Positions 41,123 through 52,032 are shown, counted from the stretch's first letter. The stretch is DNA of 64,000 nt from Candidatus Poribacteria bacterium (GCA_965222225.1 CBDCTK010000002.1:2240001-2304000); one strand, 5' to 3'. Numbers and translations: made by a program. Notes: generated from the letters alone by a model not told the origin.

Positions 41123-41352
41123 GGGATTTCTATGGCAATTCTATCACATTCATTGTCCGTTCGCTTAATCCTTCGCGATTCGCTCAACTGATCGGTGCAA
41201 AGAGTATATTCAACCACCAAATCCAAGACACTCTTTGCTTTGCAGAGGTGTTCGTAGGGATTTGTCCAATCCTAGCACGTCTGTACGTTGTGATGAAGGG
41301 GTTGCATAACAACGAAGAATCTCTATCGCAGTCGATATTTGCTCCCTTGATG
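41123..41352 (-). repeat. Degenerate 37-nt elements (nested at 41123-41193; single at 41316-41352)
   Basis: Reverse complements GATCAGTTGAGCGAATCGCGAAG-GATTAAGCGAACGG... and CATCAAGGGAGCAAATATCGACTGCGATAGAGATTCT. Confidence 0.65.
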
Positions 41353-41444
41353 GCAGCCAATAACTTTCCTTTATAATTACTATCTCATAGAATCCGTATT
41401 CCTTAGTCAAAAACAAACAGTAAAACAGAGTTAAGCGCCCGTGG

Positions 41445-41484
41445 CGGATTGTAGGGAACGCAGATCTGCGTTCCCTACAATCCG
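41445..41484. repeat. Perfect 40-bp palindrome with a GTAG-REP core; possible terminator or stabiliser
   Basis: CGGATTGTAGGGAACGCAGA/TCTGCGTTCCCTACAATCCG, 60 bp downstream of the giant ORF. Confidence 0.8.
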
Positions 41485-41543
41485 AAATCTGTCGCAGATA
41501 AACGTAGACTTCTTCCTAGTCACTAATCACTAGCCACTGCTTC

Positions 41544-44500
41544 TCAATCCGCCGGCTGCGGCGCCAGTCCTGGCTCCGGAATTGCGGGCTGTTCGGTCGT
41601 ATCGTGCTCTTGGCGTCCACGCTCGTGGAATTCGCCTCGAACATCCGGACTGAGCGTCCGCCAGATGAGCAACTGTTTACGAATCAAATTCAAGAACCGA
41701 CGATTCACGCGCTTCCACGACGCTATCTCGCCGCTCTCGCGGGTTATATCAAGATTGATCTGGTACAGTTCCTCCTCTTCCCCGCCAACGGGCGATGTCA
41801 TGAACCGAATGGATTGGCTCACGCCCAAATCGTACGGCGCCAACCACACCATCATACTCACGGCGTACGATTCCTTTTCATTGTCTCCAGAATCCTCTAT
41901 GAACCGACTGAATCCAACCTGGTTCGTGTAGAAATCACTTGCCGACTCGTCCGCGTGCGCATCAAAGTAGTCGCGCATGAAAATGTTCAGACCGAGAGAT
42001 TCTTCCGACAGCACCGTGAACGGCAGGTTGAAATGCCATTCATCGCCCGTAGGTTCCGGCAGCTTCCATTTCCGTTCCAGATCGGGAACCGCCATTCGGC
42101 TCGCTTTAATCGCCGGGTATAGTGTACTACCCACCACCACTATCATTACGATAATCGTCGCCACGACCGTGGACATGGACGAGTAGTTTAGGGTCAGACC
42201 GGCTAACCATCCGAAATGTACCAGCAGCGTCGCCACGACTTGACCCATCAGGTAACCGAGCACCGCGCCGATAATCGCATAAACACACGCCTCCGCGAGG
42301 AACAGAAACGCGATATGCACCGGCGCCAATCCGACGGAACTGTAGATGCTAATCTCTCTTATCCTTTCGTAGACCGCGCCAAGCATGGTGTTTAACACAA
42401 TCAGTGATGCAATGAGAATCGGAATTAACAGGTTCCCCATGCCGGAGAAGGAGGTCATCCCGATTGAGCTATAAAGATAGGTGTTTTTGTCTCGAGCGAC
42501 GAAGAAATCAAGCGCGATCCGGCCCATCAGCGGCGCCATAATGAGATCGAGTTTGTCAACCGCCCCCGGAATCGGCGGGTCCTCGGGCTGGGGCTCCATG
42601 TTGACAGCCACGGAGCGCAGCGTGCCGCCTTGGTTGATAATCACCTGATACGGCAAGATGGCAATACTATCGGGCGTCAAATGGATGTACTTCTGCAACT
42701 CGCTTGTGCTGCTCTGATTTCCCTGTGCGCCGCGCGAACTTTGCTGTTTCATCAATTGTTGATCGATGGGTGTCAGTTCCTCCCCATCGTTGTCGGTCAA
42801 ATCCTTAAACCCGATTCCGAGCACCCCGGTCACGGTAAAATCCGCGCCGTAAACGGAGACGGTCGCTTTCCCCATGTCGGATTCGACAATTCCTAGCAGA
42901 TCTGCCACGCCCTTTGGTAGAACACAGGCATAGGGCCATCGGGTGGGCCATTCGTCTTGATCCGCGGGATTAAACCATTTGCCATAGTAGAGATAGCGAT
43001 TGATGCCGGTGATTCGTGGCTCGGCGGCGCTCATTCCAACTAGCATGTTGGCTGAGAAGGTATAGGGTTGACCGCTCAATGCGTCCTCCGGCGGCACGGG
43101 ATCTTTGAAGTTGGGGGTGCGCCTCAATTCAACAAACGATTGATCGCCTGTACCCGATGATTGATACCAAGCGCGAGGTCCTACCGCGTTGTGAACCATC
43201 AACACCGACGACGGCTGATAAACCTTCAATTCATCCCCGTCCTTCTTGACTATGTATGTGTTCCTATTGCCAGAGATTTCCCATCTGTCTTCACCCGTAA
43301 CCGGCTGAATTACCGTCTGAGGCGAAAGGAGGAACCCACGTCTATCGAATTCCTGATGCAAATTCGTGGAAATCTCCTCCTCCGCTAATTCGCCCTGAAG
43401 TTGTGAATCTATGCTGAACAGGAATGTCGGCTCGGCGCTGACGCTTGCAAGAGCTCCTGCTTCGCTCAACTGAGCAATGGCATCCTCAATCTCGTCCGAT
43501 GACGTGCCTCGCCTCTTCAGCATCAACCGATAATCAAGCTCGGGAAGTTGTGTTTTTCTCAGATCGTTCATAATCGAGCTGATGACTGGTGCTTCAAGCG
43601 GGCGCCAGTATTGATCTCGAATCAACATCCCGGTGTAACGCGGTGTCACGGCTGGCAAGTTCGTCTTGTTGGGGCGCATGAATGTTCGCACAGAGGTAAA
43701 CGAGATTACGGTAAAGGTCAAAATCACCAGCGTGGCGCATGTCAGAATGGTGCGGCCTTTCCGTTTTCGCATGTTGGACACGCCGAGGCTGAACGCCGCG
43801 GCGGACGCCGCCAGACGCCCCACGTCCGCTTTGTAGACTTTCGAGCTTTCCTGCCTAATTTTTTCGAGTTGCTCCTCAAATTTCCGCAAGATGATGACGA
43901 TCACGAATATGGTCAGCACAAGGACGACGAAGGCAATAAGAATGATGACGGGGGTGGTCGTAATCTGAAACGCGGGGTGCACCTGTGCCAAGAAGAAGAA
44001 CACAATGATGAAGATCGCAGCTGCGCCGCCAATCCGTTTGTGCACGTCGGGTGATGCAAAGAGCAGGCGCTCCATAAAGTAGGAGAACGGCAGGAGTAAG
44101 GCTAGATAGAACATGACCCCATTGACGACATCGTTGCCCGTTTTCTTGACATCCGGATAGGCGCGCGATTCGTATCCCCACGCCGCTCGCGCGAGTTTCA
44201 TTGCCGTGGAATATTCTTTCTTGGCGAGAGCCGTTTCTGCTTGGTCCAAGTGTTCGTGTGCAAAGAAATGGAGCTGATCTAACCGATCACTGCTGATACC
44301 GAACCGTTTGTAGAGACTCGTACGGTTCTCGTCGAGCCACCACATATCTCGGACGACGACGTAGGGCGTGACGCGGATGGAGCCGTTCTCGCGGACGACG
44401 AACCCCGAGCCGGTATAGAGTGCCGGGTTTTTGGCGCCGCTCTTGCCCGCTTTTATGAGCAGGAGTCGTTGGCCGATTTGGCCGTAAGACATTGCAATCT

Positions 44501-47500
44501 TTATACGTGCATCCGGCTCGGAATAGACGAGCGCAATCGGCTCGGTGGCGGATACGCCTTGTTGCTGCCACGGTTTGGACATACCGTATTTTTCCGGTGG
44601 ACTGTCACTTAAGCCGTCGAACACCTGCAGTTCTCGCAGTGTGCGCAGGTATCGCTGATCGACGAGATCGTAGATGGTTGTGGAAACGCACGGGAAAACG
44701 ATGACACGGCAGCCTCGTCGCCGGTTTTGAATCCGGAGTTTGTTGGATGTCAGCTTGGCACCGAAGTTACCCAAATCCGGCGCATAGACGATATCGCCGG
44801 AGTCGGAGTCAAGGAGGTAGGCATCAACTTCCTGCAGGCCTCCTATTCGGTGTGTTGCTCGCCCCTCCATCGCAAGTCCCGGCACATCAAATTGAGCTTT
44901 GTTGTTTCCCATGGCAACGAGGTCGCCGCGAACACCCATCATGGTCTTGTGTTTGCGTCGTATAGCGACAATCGGATAGGGAACCGGCGTGTTTGGCAGC
45001 GCGCTCTCTCGGGCATCGTACTCCACGACATCACCGAACAGGTTGCAGTAGAAGTTTCCCACTTTGGCGCCGGTAGGCATCTTGGGATCCAGCATGGCTT
45101 GAATGAGGATGCCGGTAAGCGTTTTCACCTGCTTGTGCAAATTACCGTCATAGGTGAGATCCATTCTGTCAATTGTATCTAACGGGGTGTCGGTCAGCAG
45201 TCGTCCATCTCCGATTGTGGCGAACGTGATGCCGGTTTTGCCTATCAACGTGGCGACTTCGCTGTCAAAGGCGATTTTGCCGGGGATGTAGGTTCGCCAC
45301 GTTTTGGCGCCGGTGGCGCCAATGGCGTTGACGAAGTTCGTTTCGCCTCCAAGCCCAACGATTTCGATTAACGTTTGGATATCTTCAATTTCGTCGGGGC
45401 TTAGTTGAGAGGAATCTTCGTGACGCAGGGCAAGCATCATCGGCAGCCGGTTGAGGAGGCGAATTGTGTTTTTGCGTGTACGCTGCCCCTCGCGCAGGTC
45501 GTCTTGGATAAATCGCTTGACTTCGTTGCGGATGTATTCCATGTCTTTGAGCATTTCGTCCGAGGGCTCGCCGCGGGTTTGCATCTGTTCAAACTGCATC
45601 TTCATCAAGCGGGAGACATCGGTCAGGGCAACCAGCGATTCGTAGTGGTCGGTAATCAGGGTCTCCAGCGATTTTCCTTCAATGGCTTTCTTCGTCTCAA
45701 TCTCGAAAGCGGCTTCCCATTGGCTGTTCATGACCGCTTGTCGAATTTGGTCGTCAGTAAAACTCCAGAGCTTGCCGATGCGTACGCCGAAGTCGACATC
45801 GTTGGCGTACTGCATGAGTTTATTGCCGATAGTGGCAAACTCTCGCCGCAGCACGAATTCGGGCTGCTGGTCGTAGAACCATCCCTTGTTGAATACGGCG
45901 AATTTGTCGCTCTGTGTGGAGAGATCGACTGAAATAAATAAGGAGGTGTAGTAGCGATTGAATAGGTCTTGAAGGGAGATGGCTTGCTCAACGGCGGCGA
46001 TATTTCGGTCATATTCCGATTTGCTGAATCGGGCAAGAATTGCGACGCGGGACTGGATATTGCGGATGCGTGAGTTTCGCAGGGTGAGCATGTTGTCGCG
46101 GAGCAGGATTTTTACGTCGTCCGGGAAGTCGCGGTCAAAGTTGTCCAGCCCGTTCCTCAGGTTCTGGAGTTCCACAATATCCTCACGCGCCTTCTGTTTG
46201 ACAAACTGGAGCAGCCTGCGTTCTTCAAGGTGGGCAACAATCTGATCGCGCGCTTCAAAGGCAGATTCCACTTCGTCACCCTCTAGGTAGTGACGCAACA
46301 CGAGTATCTCTTCCTCAAAATACGGACGATTTACCGACGCATGCCAATCCGACTCCAGTAAGGATTCCAGACGCACCCGCTCAAGTCGCGCGTTCCGCAT
46401 GGCAATTTCAAATATTCCCTGTTTATCCTTCGTCAACTCCTCAATCAGGATGGCATGGGATTCCTTTATCACTCCGCCACCGGCAGTCTCGTGAACATTC
46501 GCCAACTTCTGACGCAGTTGTGTCTGAATCCCCTTTAGTCGACTCAGAATGGCTTTACTGAGAAACAGCCCAAACGTCTCGTCGACATTATCAGGCATGT
46601 AGTCACGTTGCGTATGCAATCGGCTTATACTCGCCTTGATTGGTGATTCAAAATCCGCGTCCGGAGAAATTCTTTGAATGGCGTTCTCAAGTTGAAGTTT
46701 TTCTTGGGCAATATAATCGTCTAAGGTTCTATTCGCCTGCCTAGCGCGATGCACAACGTTACGCGCGTCCTTCATAGCATTCAAACCGTGGAAATCGAGG
46801 TGTCGGTCTAGCAGCCGTTCCGGGGCGTATTGGAGCGCGAATTTTCTGGAATCGGAAAACTCCCAATCTGCTAGGTATCCAGACAGCCGTTGCAAATCTT
46901 CGGCTTCGCGTGTGCCAGCCAGATCTGACGGAATCGGGAGATAATAGGCACCATCTTGCCCTTTTTCCGGTTTGAGGTAGGAATCATCCGGCTGTCGTCC
47001 GTAGCTTCCGCCGACACGTCCCACATTTAAATCGGCTTCCAATTGCTCCAACACCCACGCGTCCAACCGCGCCATAGGCAGCGCAACGTTGTCTACCAAC
47101 TCCAATTGTGCTTCTCGAGATGCCGCCAACGCCATGGTCTGAAGTCCATGCATTCGGTCAACGACCACGCGCAAAAATTGTGTGGTTTGCAATGCGTCTT
47201 TCTTGAATTTGACGAGATTGGTTTCAAGAGTGGACTTCTCCTCCTGCGTATACCCCTGCTTCTCGCGTTTTTTCACGACTCGACGGCGCCTTTTCTGCTT
47301 CTCTTTGAAGTCTCTTTGTTTGTTGCGCAATGAGTTGATCCGGTTGTACGTTGTTCCAACATCGGCTACCGTGGATTTCAGTGATTGAATGGCATCGTCA
47401 AGTTGGTGGACTTCGTAGAAGAATTCGGGGGGCAGATCGACAAGCACGCTGCGGTCAATCGAGAGAAGCAGTTTTCGACTCAACTCCTTGAACGGGCGGA

Positions 47501-49226
47501 GATCGAGTCCCAGCCCTTTTGCCATTCCACCCATGGTCGGAATCCCGGGGGCTTCGCCTGAATTGATGTTGAAGTCCGCCCTCGCGATAATGTCTTGACC
47601 TATTCCGAACATAAAGAAACGCATACCCGCAAGCCCTTGGAAGTGCCCGTCTGTGGCGACGAATAGCATGGAGCGTCCAGGACGGTATTCCTCTTTGCTG
47701 AGGATGCGCGCGACCTCCAAAAGCCCGGCAACTCCGCTGGTCGGATCGGCGCCCGGAGCAAGTGATGGGATTACGGACATGGAGTCGTAGTAGGCAGTGA
47801 CGACAACCATCTCGTCTTTCAAAATTGGGTCACTGCCTTCCAAGAATCCGCGGATGTTTTGTCCAATCCGGCGTTCCCACGTCATGGTAGAGTTCAGACG
47901 AACCATTAACGGCTGTGGTTGGGAATTCGGATTGGCGTTCTCTACATCGGCTTCGCCTAACAGCTTAAGTAACAGGTCCGCATCCGTTCTTGAAATCCAA
48001 AACCGCGGGATGTTGGCAGGGACGGTCAAGAATTTGTTCTCGGCTTCGCCGCGAATAGTGGTTTCGGGTTCTATGAACACAACCGCTTTCGCGCCAAGCA
48101 TGGCGGCATTTATCCACTGTGTGCCGGAATTGAAGTCTACAAGCAAAACGCTTCCGCGCGGAATGAAGAGACTGGATTCGGAGGAGGCAACGAACTCGCC
48201 CTCTTCATCAATTGAACCGTCGTTGTTATTGTCAACCCCATCGTAGGCATCGCCAGGTGTTTCGTCAACATACCCATCGACATCGTTATCAATGCCGTCA
48301 CTGTCCCAATAGACTATGTCGGCGAGTAATGGAATTTCACCATACTCGTCTATCTCGCTGTCTTCGTTGTTGTCAACTCCGTCTTCGGTTTTCTGCAGGT
48401 GGCTATTGAGCACATCGTCGGTGATACTTCCGACGGTAACGCGATGCCGGTGGGCAATGTTTTCCAGCGTATCGCCCTTCTGGACAGTGTACCAGAATCC
48501 ACCGATGTCTTTGCCGTTGAAGTCCTCCAGAGTGGCGTCGCCCCCGTAGAAGAGCGGGGCGCGTAAACCGCCAGTGGGAACGAAAACCGTGTTGTTCGTC
48601 GTTAGCGCAACTTCGTCGGGCTCGTCAATTTCGCCATCCCTGTCGTTATCTTGTCCATCAGTGGCTTGATCGCGCAGATATTGATTATGAGAATCTTCAA
48701 GAATGGAACGGGGCTCTACCTGATACGACTTGGCAATGGATTCCACGGTTTCGCCGTCTTGCACGAGGTGTTTGATCCCCGTGGGCAGTAGGGAGGTGCG
48801 GACGAGGTTGGGCCACACGGGCCATATTTTTACGGTCTTGAGTACCTCATCGTTTGAGGAAAGCACCTCCAGTCTTCCGTCGCCGTGGTCAACGGGAACA
48901 GCTATCCGAAATTCGCGGCTCTCGACGTTCTGTAAGCCGGTTTCGACGAACCGATCGAACACGTACTTGCTTGCGGCAGCCGCTTCGGGATAACCTGTGA
49001 CCCGACTCTCAAGGCTAGAGAGCCGCGCAATATCCTTTCGCATTCTGCCAATATCAACTTCATCCCGAATTTTAACCGCGATTTCAGAGAGACCGACGGT
49101 CGAATCCGTTTCCGCAGTCAGAGGTTTGGGCACAAAGGGCAATGTGATTAAACTAATGCATAAAATATAGAGAACCCTATTCTTGAGTACAGTCCGAAGT
49201 TTATGTTTGTTTCTGAGAGTTTTCAT
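41544..49226 (-). CDS. 2560-aa membrane protein: signal peptide, 2 LysM-like domains, acidic DG.DN repeats, M28-peptidase-like domain, coiled-coil inserts and FtsX-like permease domains
   Basis: HLVQDGETVESIAKSY, YTVQKGDTLENIAHRH; DGVDNNEDSEIDE repeats; TAYYDS..PGAD; NMRKRKGRT; VYERIREISIYSSVGLAP. Confidence 0.85.
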   Translation of the reverse strand: MKTLRNKHKLRTVLKNRVLYILCISLITLPFVPKPLTAETDSTVGLSEIAVKIRDEVDIGRMRKDIARLSSLESRVTGYPEAAAASKYVFDRFVETGLQNVESREFRIAVPVDHGDGRLEVLSSNDEVLKTVKIWPVWPNLVRTSLLPTGIKHLVQDGETVESIAKSYQVEPRSILEDSHNQYLRDQATDGQDNDRDGEIDEPDEVALTTNNTVFVPTGGLRAPLFYGGDATLEDFNGKDIGGFWYTVQKGDTLENIAHRHRVTVGSITDDVLNSHLQKTEDGVDNNEDSEIDEYGEIPLLADIVYWDSDGIDNDVDGYVDETPGDAYDGVDNNNDGSIDEEGEFVASSESSLFIPRGSVLLVDFNSGTQWINAAMLGAKAVVFIEPETTIRGEAENKFLTVPANIPRFWISRTDADLLLKLLGEADVENANPNSQPQPLMVRLNSTMTWERRIGQNIRGFLEGSDPILKDEMVVVTAYYDSMSVIPSLAPGADPTSGVAGLLEVARILSKEEYRPGRSMLFVATDGHFQGLAGMRFFMFGIGQDIIARADFNINSGEAPGIPTMGGMAKGLGLDLRPFKELSRKLLLSIDRSVLVDLPPEFFYEVHQLDDAIQSLKSTVADVGTTYNRINSLRNKQRDFKEKQKRRRRVVKKREKQGYTQEEKSTLETNLVKFKKDALQTTQFLRVVVDRMHGLQTMALAASREAQLELVDNVALPMARLDAWVLEQLEADLNVGRVGGSYGRQPDDSYLKPEKGQDGAYYLPIPSDLAGTREAEDLQRLSGYLADWEFSDSRKFALQYAPERLLDRHLDFHGLNAMKDARNVVHRARQANRTLDDYIAQEKLQLENAIQRISPDADFESPIKASISRLHTQRDYMPDNVDETFGLFLSKAILSRLKGIQTQLRQKLANVHETAGGGVIKESHAILIEELTKDKQGIFEIAMRNARLERVRLESLLESDWHASVNRPYFEEEILVLRHYLEGDEVESAFEARDQIVAHLEERRLLQFVKQKAREDIVELQNLRNGLDNFDRDFPDDVKILLRDNMLTLRNSRIRNIQSRVAILARFSKSEYDRNIAAVEQAISLQDLFNRYYTSLFISVDLSTQSDKFAVFNKGWFYDQQPEFVLRREFATIGNKLMQYANDVDFGVRIGKLWSFTDDQIRQAVMNSQWEAAFEIETKKAIEGKSLETLITDHYESLVALTDVSRLMKMQFEQMQTRGEPSDEMLKDMEYIRNEVKRFIQDDLREGQRTRKNTIRLLNRLPMMLALRHEDSSQLSPDEIEDIQTLIEIVGLGGETNFVNAIGATGAKTWRTYIPGKIAFDSEVATLIGKTGITFATIGDGRLLTDTPLDTIDRMDLTYDGNLHKQVKTLTGILIQAMLDPKMPTGAKVGNFYCNLFGDVVEYDARESALPNTPVPYPIVAIRRKHKTMMGVRGDLVAMGNNKAQFDVPGLAMEGRATHRIGGLQEVDAYLLDSDSGDIVYAPDLGNFGAKLTSNKLRIQNRRRGCRVIVFPCVSTTIYDLVDQRYLRTLRELQVFDGLSDSPPEKYGMSKPWQQQGVSATEPIALVYSEPDARIKIAMSYGQIGQRLLLIKAGKSGAKNPALYTGSGFVVRENGSIRVTPYVVVRDMWWLDENRTSLYKRFGISSDRLDQLHFFAHEHLDQAETALAKKEYSTAMKLARAAWGYESRAYPDVKKTGNDVVNGVMFYLALLLPFSYFMERLLFASPDVHKRIGGAAAIFIIVFFFLAQVHPAFQITTTPVIILIAFVVLVLTIFVIVIILRKFEEQLEKIRQESSKVYKADVGRLAASAAAFSLGVSNMRKRKGRTILTCATLVILTFTVISFTSVRTFMRPNKTNLPAVTPRYTGMLIRDQYWRPLEAPVISSIMNDLRKTQLPELDYRLMLKRRGTSSDEIEDAIAQLSEAGALASVSAEPTFLFSIDSQLQGELAEEEISTNLHQEFDRRGFLLSPQTVIQPVTGEDRWEISGNRNTYIVKKDGDELKVYQPSSVLMVHNAVGPRAWYQSSGTGDQSFVELRRTPNFKDPVPPEDALSGQPYTFSANMLVGMSAAEPRITGINRYLYYGKWFNPADQDEWPTRWPYACVLPKGVADLLGIVESDMGKATVSVYGADFTVTGVLGIGFKDLTDNDGEELTPIDQQLMKQQSSRGAQGNQSSTSELQKYIHLTPDSIAILPYQVIINQGGTLRSVAVNMEPQPEDPPIPGAVDKLDLIMAPLMGRIALDFFVARDKNTYLYSSIGMTSFSGMGNLLIPILIASLIVLNTMLGAVYERIREISIYSSVGLAPVHIAFLFLAEACVYAIIGAVLGYLMGQVVATLLVHFGWLAGLTLNYSSMSTVVATIIVMIVVVGSTLYPAIKASRMAVPDLERKWKLPEPTGDEWHFNLPFTVLSEESLGLNIFMRDYFDAHADESASDFYTNQVGFSRFIEDSGDNEKESYAVSMMVWLAPYDLGVSQSIRFMTSPVGGEEEELYQINLDITRESGEIASWKRVNRRFLNLIRKQLLIWRTLSPDVRGEFHERGRQEHDTTEQPAIPEPGLAPQPAD

Positions 49227-49606
49227 AATGTTTTATTTCGATCTTGATTAGCCTTTCAGGACAAAATCTCGCAAATGCCGGTGCGCCTTATACAACACCC
49301 GCTCCTTTGCGGCACTTAACGGCCTACCCATTTCAAGACGATGGAAAATCGGTGAATTGGTAATCAACGAAAGTTTTTCGTTCGCTTGCCCGAACGATTA
49401 TTTTATCATTTTCTTCCCGTGATTGTCTCCCTAAATTGCTAACATGTATTGTAGAGTGGGATCTGCAATCGTCAAATAGCAGATATCCCATCTAACTGTC
49501 CACCATTTCAGTGTCGGGAAAGCATTTCCCGCCTAAAGTGCCTCTATCAAAAAATCCAAAAACCGAGTTTTGGTGAAAAAACTCGGTCTCTCTTCCATTT
49601 TCTGTG

Positions 49607-50012
49607 CTACTTGACAACCACCATCCGGCGCACCTGCGAGTAATTTCCTGCGCGAAGTTGGTAGAAGTAGACACCGCTTGCAACTGATTCCGCATTGTCG
49701 CTGCGGCCGTCCCAATATGCGGCGCGTCCCCTATCGGTGTAGAATCCCGTGGGTTGATGCCCCAGATTCAACTGTCGAACCAAGACACCCTTACTCTCAT
49801 AGATAGAAATTTGGACATCGGCATCGCTGGCGAGGCGGTACGGTATCCAGGTCTCCGGGTTAAACGGATTCGGGTAGTTTGGCAGGAGCATTGTCTCCCT
49901 CGGCGTCAGTGCTGCCAATAGGCTTTCCAAGAACCAAACTCCCCTCCGTGATGCCGCATCCGTGAGAGCCAAACCCTTCGTTTGTTCTAGCCACTGAATT
50001 GTCGCGGTTGGG
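49607..50012 (-). pseudogene. Orphan C-terminal FlgD-Ig/T9SS-like sorting domain (gene remnant)
   Basis: LLPNYPNPFNPETWIPY..AAYWDG..VASGVYFY; no N-terminal region, and the break coincides with a MITE end at 50013. Confidence 0.75.
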
Positions 50013-50486
50013 CTTATGCCAATTCTCCAAAATGACAGAGCATTAATTAGGATGAATCAAGCGCCTGTTTGACGAATAGACAGTATAGCCATTTCCGATC
50101 ATAAGACGACTGTAGAACACGGATTCCATCGTGAGTGGATGGTGGCATAAGGTGGATTGGAGCCCCACAATCGTCCCGACAATGATGCGAATCATCGAAC
50201 CGGCAGCTTGACAAAGGTTGCCAACGGAGCGTCGATTCAAGCAACGCGCTGGCATTTTCTGAAATGTAGGTTTCCTTTGCTGGTGCGGGTTCTCCGGAAT
50301 CCTAATGCCGACAAAATGCCAACAAGAAAAAAAGTTGCGCTGCGATGGCGGTTTGTCCTGGTGCGAATGACATTGGCGATCGTTCTGGGTAAAAGAGGGT
50401 GGCGGGCAAAGCCGACCTTGCTCGGCCAGCGGAACTCATGCCCGATGCCTGCCGATGTCGTTCTATTGCTGTAGGGAGTTTGCTAT

Positions 50487-50536
50487 GGGATCTCTATCAG
50501 GACTTGCTATCGCCCTCCTTATTTGGTCGGTTGATC
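50487..50536 (-). repeat. 37-nt element plus extra 3'-end fragment
   Basis: Reverse complement GATCAACCGACCAAATAAGGAGGGCGATAGCAAGTCCT-GATAGAGATCCC. Confidence 0.75.
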
Positions 50537-50654
50537 GCACGCGACAACTAGTGGTCAGTGGCCAGTTATTGTAATCGACGCAATTCGGTTTTTAGCCGTC
50601 AAATTTAGTCCACGTCGGGGCAAGATGCCCCTCCCACCGGGTTGAAATGCGGAT

Positions 50655-50714
50655 GGTGGGCAGGGGATCTATATCGCACTCGCTATCCGCTCGTTTGATC
50701 GGTGCGCACCCTAC
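50655..50714 (-). repeat. 37-nt element (50664-50700) in the loop of a GTAGGGTG REP
   Basis: Reverse complement GTAGGGTGCGCACC-GATCAAACGAGCGGATAGCGAGTGCGATATAGATCCC-CTGCCCACC. Confidence 0.88.
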
Positions 50715-51372
50715 AACATACTGTCGCAGTTTATGCGTTACTACTTGAAAAGGGCGTCGAAGCTTGTCGTAGCTTGGCTTCGTGCATGATTTTTGCACCG
50801 TGATGAGCGTGCGATTCTGTGCGATTTTCTGCGACTATAAATTTGACCCCTCTCCCCGCGACGCTGAAACGACTGCCCAAATGCGTGTCAGGCGCTATAA
50901 CTGGACGCCGCCGAGATCCACTCGTTTTCCGACAAAGCCGGCGCGGACAAGGGGCAAGAACAGTTGAACAGGACAGAAGATTTAGAAACAGATTCGACAT
51001 TTTACTCTGTTGTTTTTTTCCTATTATCACGGCAATGAACCGCGCGCAAGGGTGACCGGATTGAGTTCGCGGCGAATCGCTCTGAAGGCATTTTCACTTC
51101 TCCAGTTAGCGCGGAAGCCTTTGACAACGCGGGTGCAGCGGATGCGCAGGTGAACAGAGTGCATACGAGACACATAGGAGTTTCGTCCCGGCGGCGTAGC
51201 GCCGGCAGGAGTAGGGTCGCGATCAACGTTAACCGGCTACATTATACTATACATGTGTATAGTTTTCAATTATAAAACGTGGGAATTATCGCAATCAATT
51301 TGAACGCATAGGGCAAACTCGCCTTGCTGCAGCAGTTTGATTCGCACACTTAACTCGGAAGAAGCGAATTGT

Positions 51373-52032
51373 TTAAGTGTCGTCGTCCGATGGAGCGTTC
51401 ACGCTTTCTTTGTTTCCGGATGTTGGCTCCTGTTCAACGGGTTTGCCTGCAGCAAGCATGACCGGTTGCGCCTCGGAAATCCTTTCGCTCTCTGTTCCGC
51501 CAAATTCCGCCACCAATATGGCTTTGGTTATCTGTTCCAGCGCTTCATTTGTAATCTTCAGCTTGTCGTCCAACCCAGTTGCCACTACGGTTTCGAGATC
51601 CACAGCCTCCGATGCGCGCGTTAGTAGTCTTTCATGAGCCATCCCAACCTCCTGCGTCAGTTTCGATAGCTTGAACACATGCTCCATCGTCTCCGATAAC
51701 TTGGTATATTCTGCCCCGTCGCTTTCTTGGATGGAATCCGTAAGTTTACTCGCATAGTTACGCATTATCCCAGCCACTTTGGTTTCGACATCCAACCATT
51801 TGCCGTTCGCTTCGCGCGCTTTGTCAAGTCTTTCCTGCGCGAGCTCATCTTTTGTCGGCTGATGCCAATCGTACTGCTTCGCCCAGCGGCGTATGGTGTT
51901 CGCATTTACCTGGACGGCAAGTTGGCGGCTGATTTCGGTAGCGGACACTCCTTGCAGCCACAGTCTCTTCGCCTCAGAAACGACTTTTTCAGGTGTTTTC
52001 GGTTTTCTTCGCTGCACGATGGCATTTTTCAT
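51373..52032 (-). CDS. HTH protein resembling a phage terminase small-subunit N-terminus
   Basis: EAKRLWLQGVSATEISRQL..NTIRRWAKQYDW followed by a helical region. Confidence 0.55.
   Translation of the reverse strand: MKNAIVQRRKPKTPEKVVSEAKRLWLQGVSATEISRQLAVQVNANTIRRWAKQYDWHQPTKDELAQERLDKAREANGKWLDVETKVAGIMRNYASKLTDSIQESDGAEYTKLSETMEHVFKLSKLTQEVGMAHERLLTRASEAVDLETVVATGLDDKLKITNEALEQITKAILVAEFGGTESERISEAQPVMLAAGKPVEQEPTSGNKESVNAPSDDDT

Noticed and set aside
50043-51250. Short ORFs between the sorting-domain remnant and the HTH gene
   Set aside because: No motifs or RBS, and they overlap repeats; probably non-coding or decayed DNA
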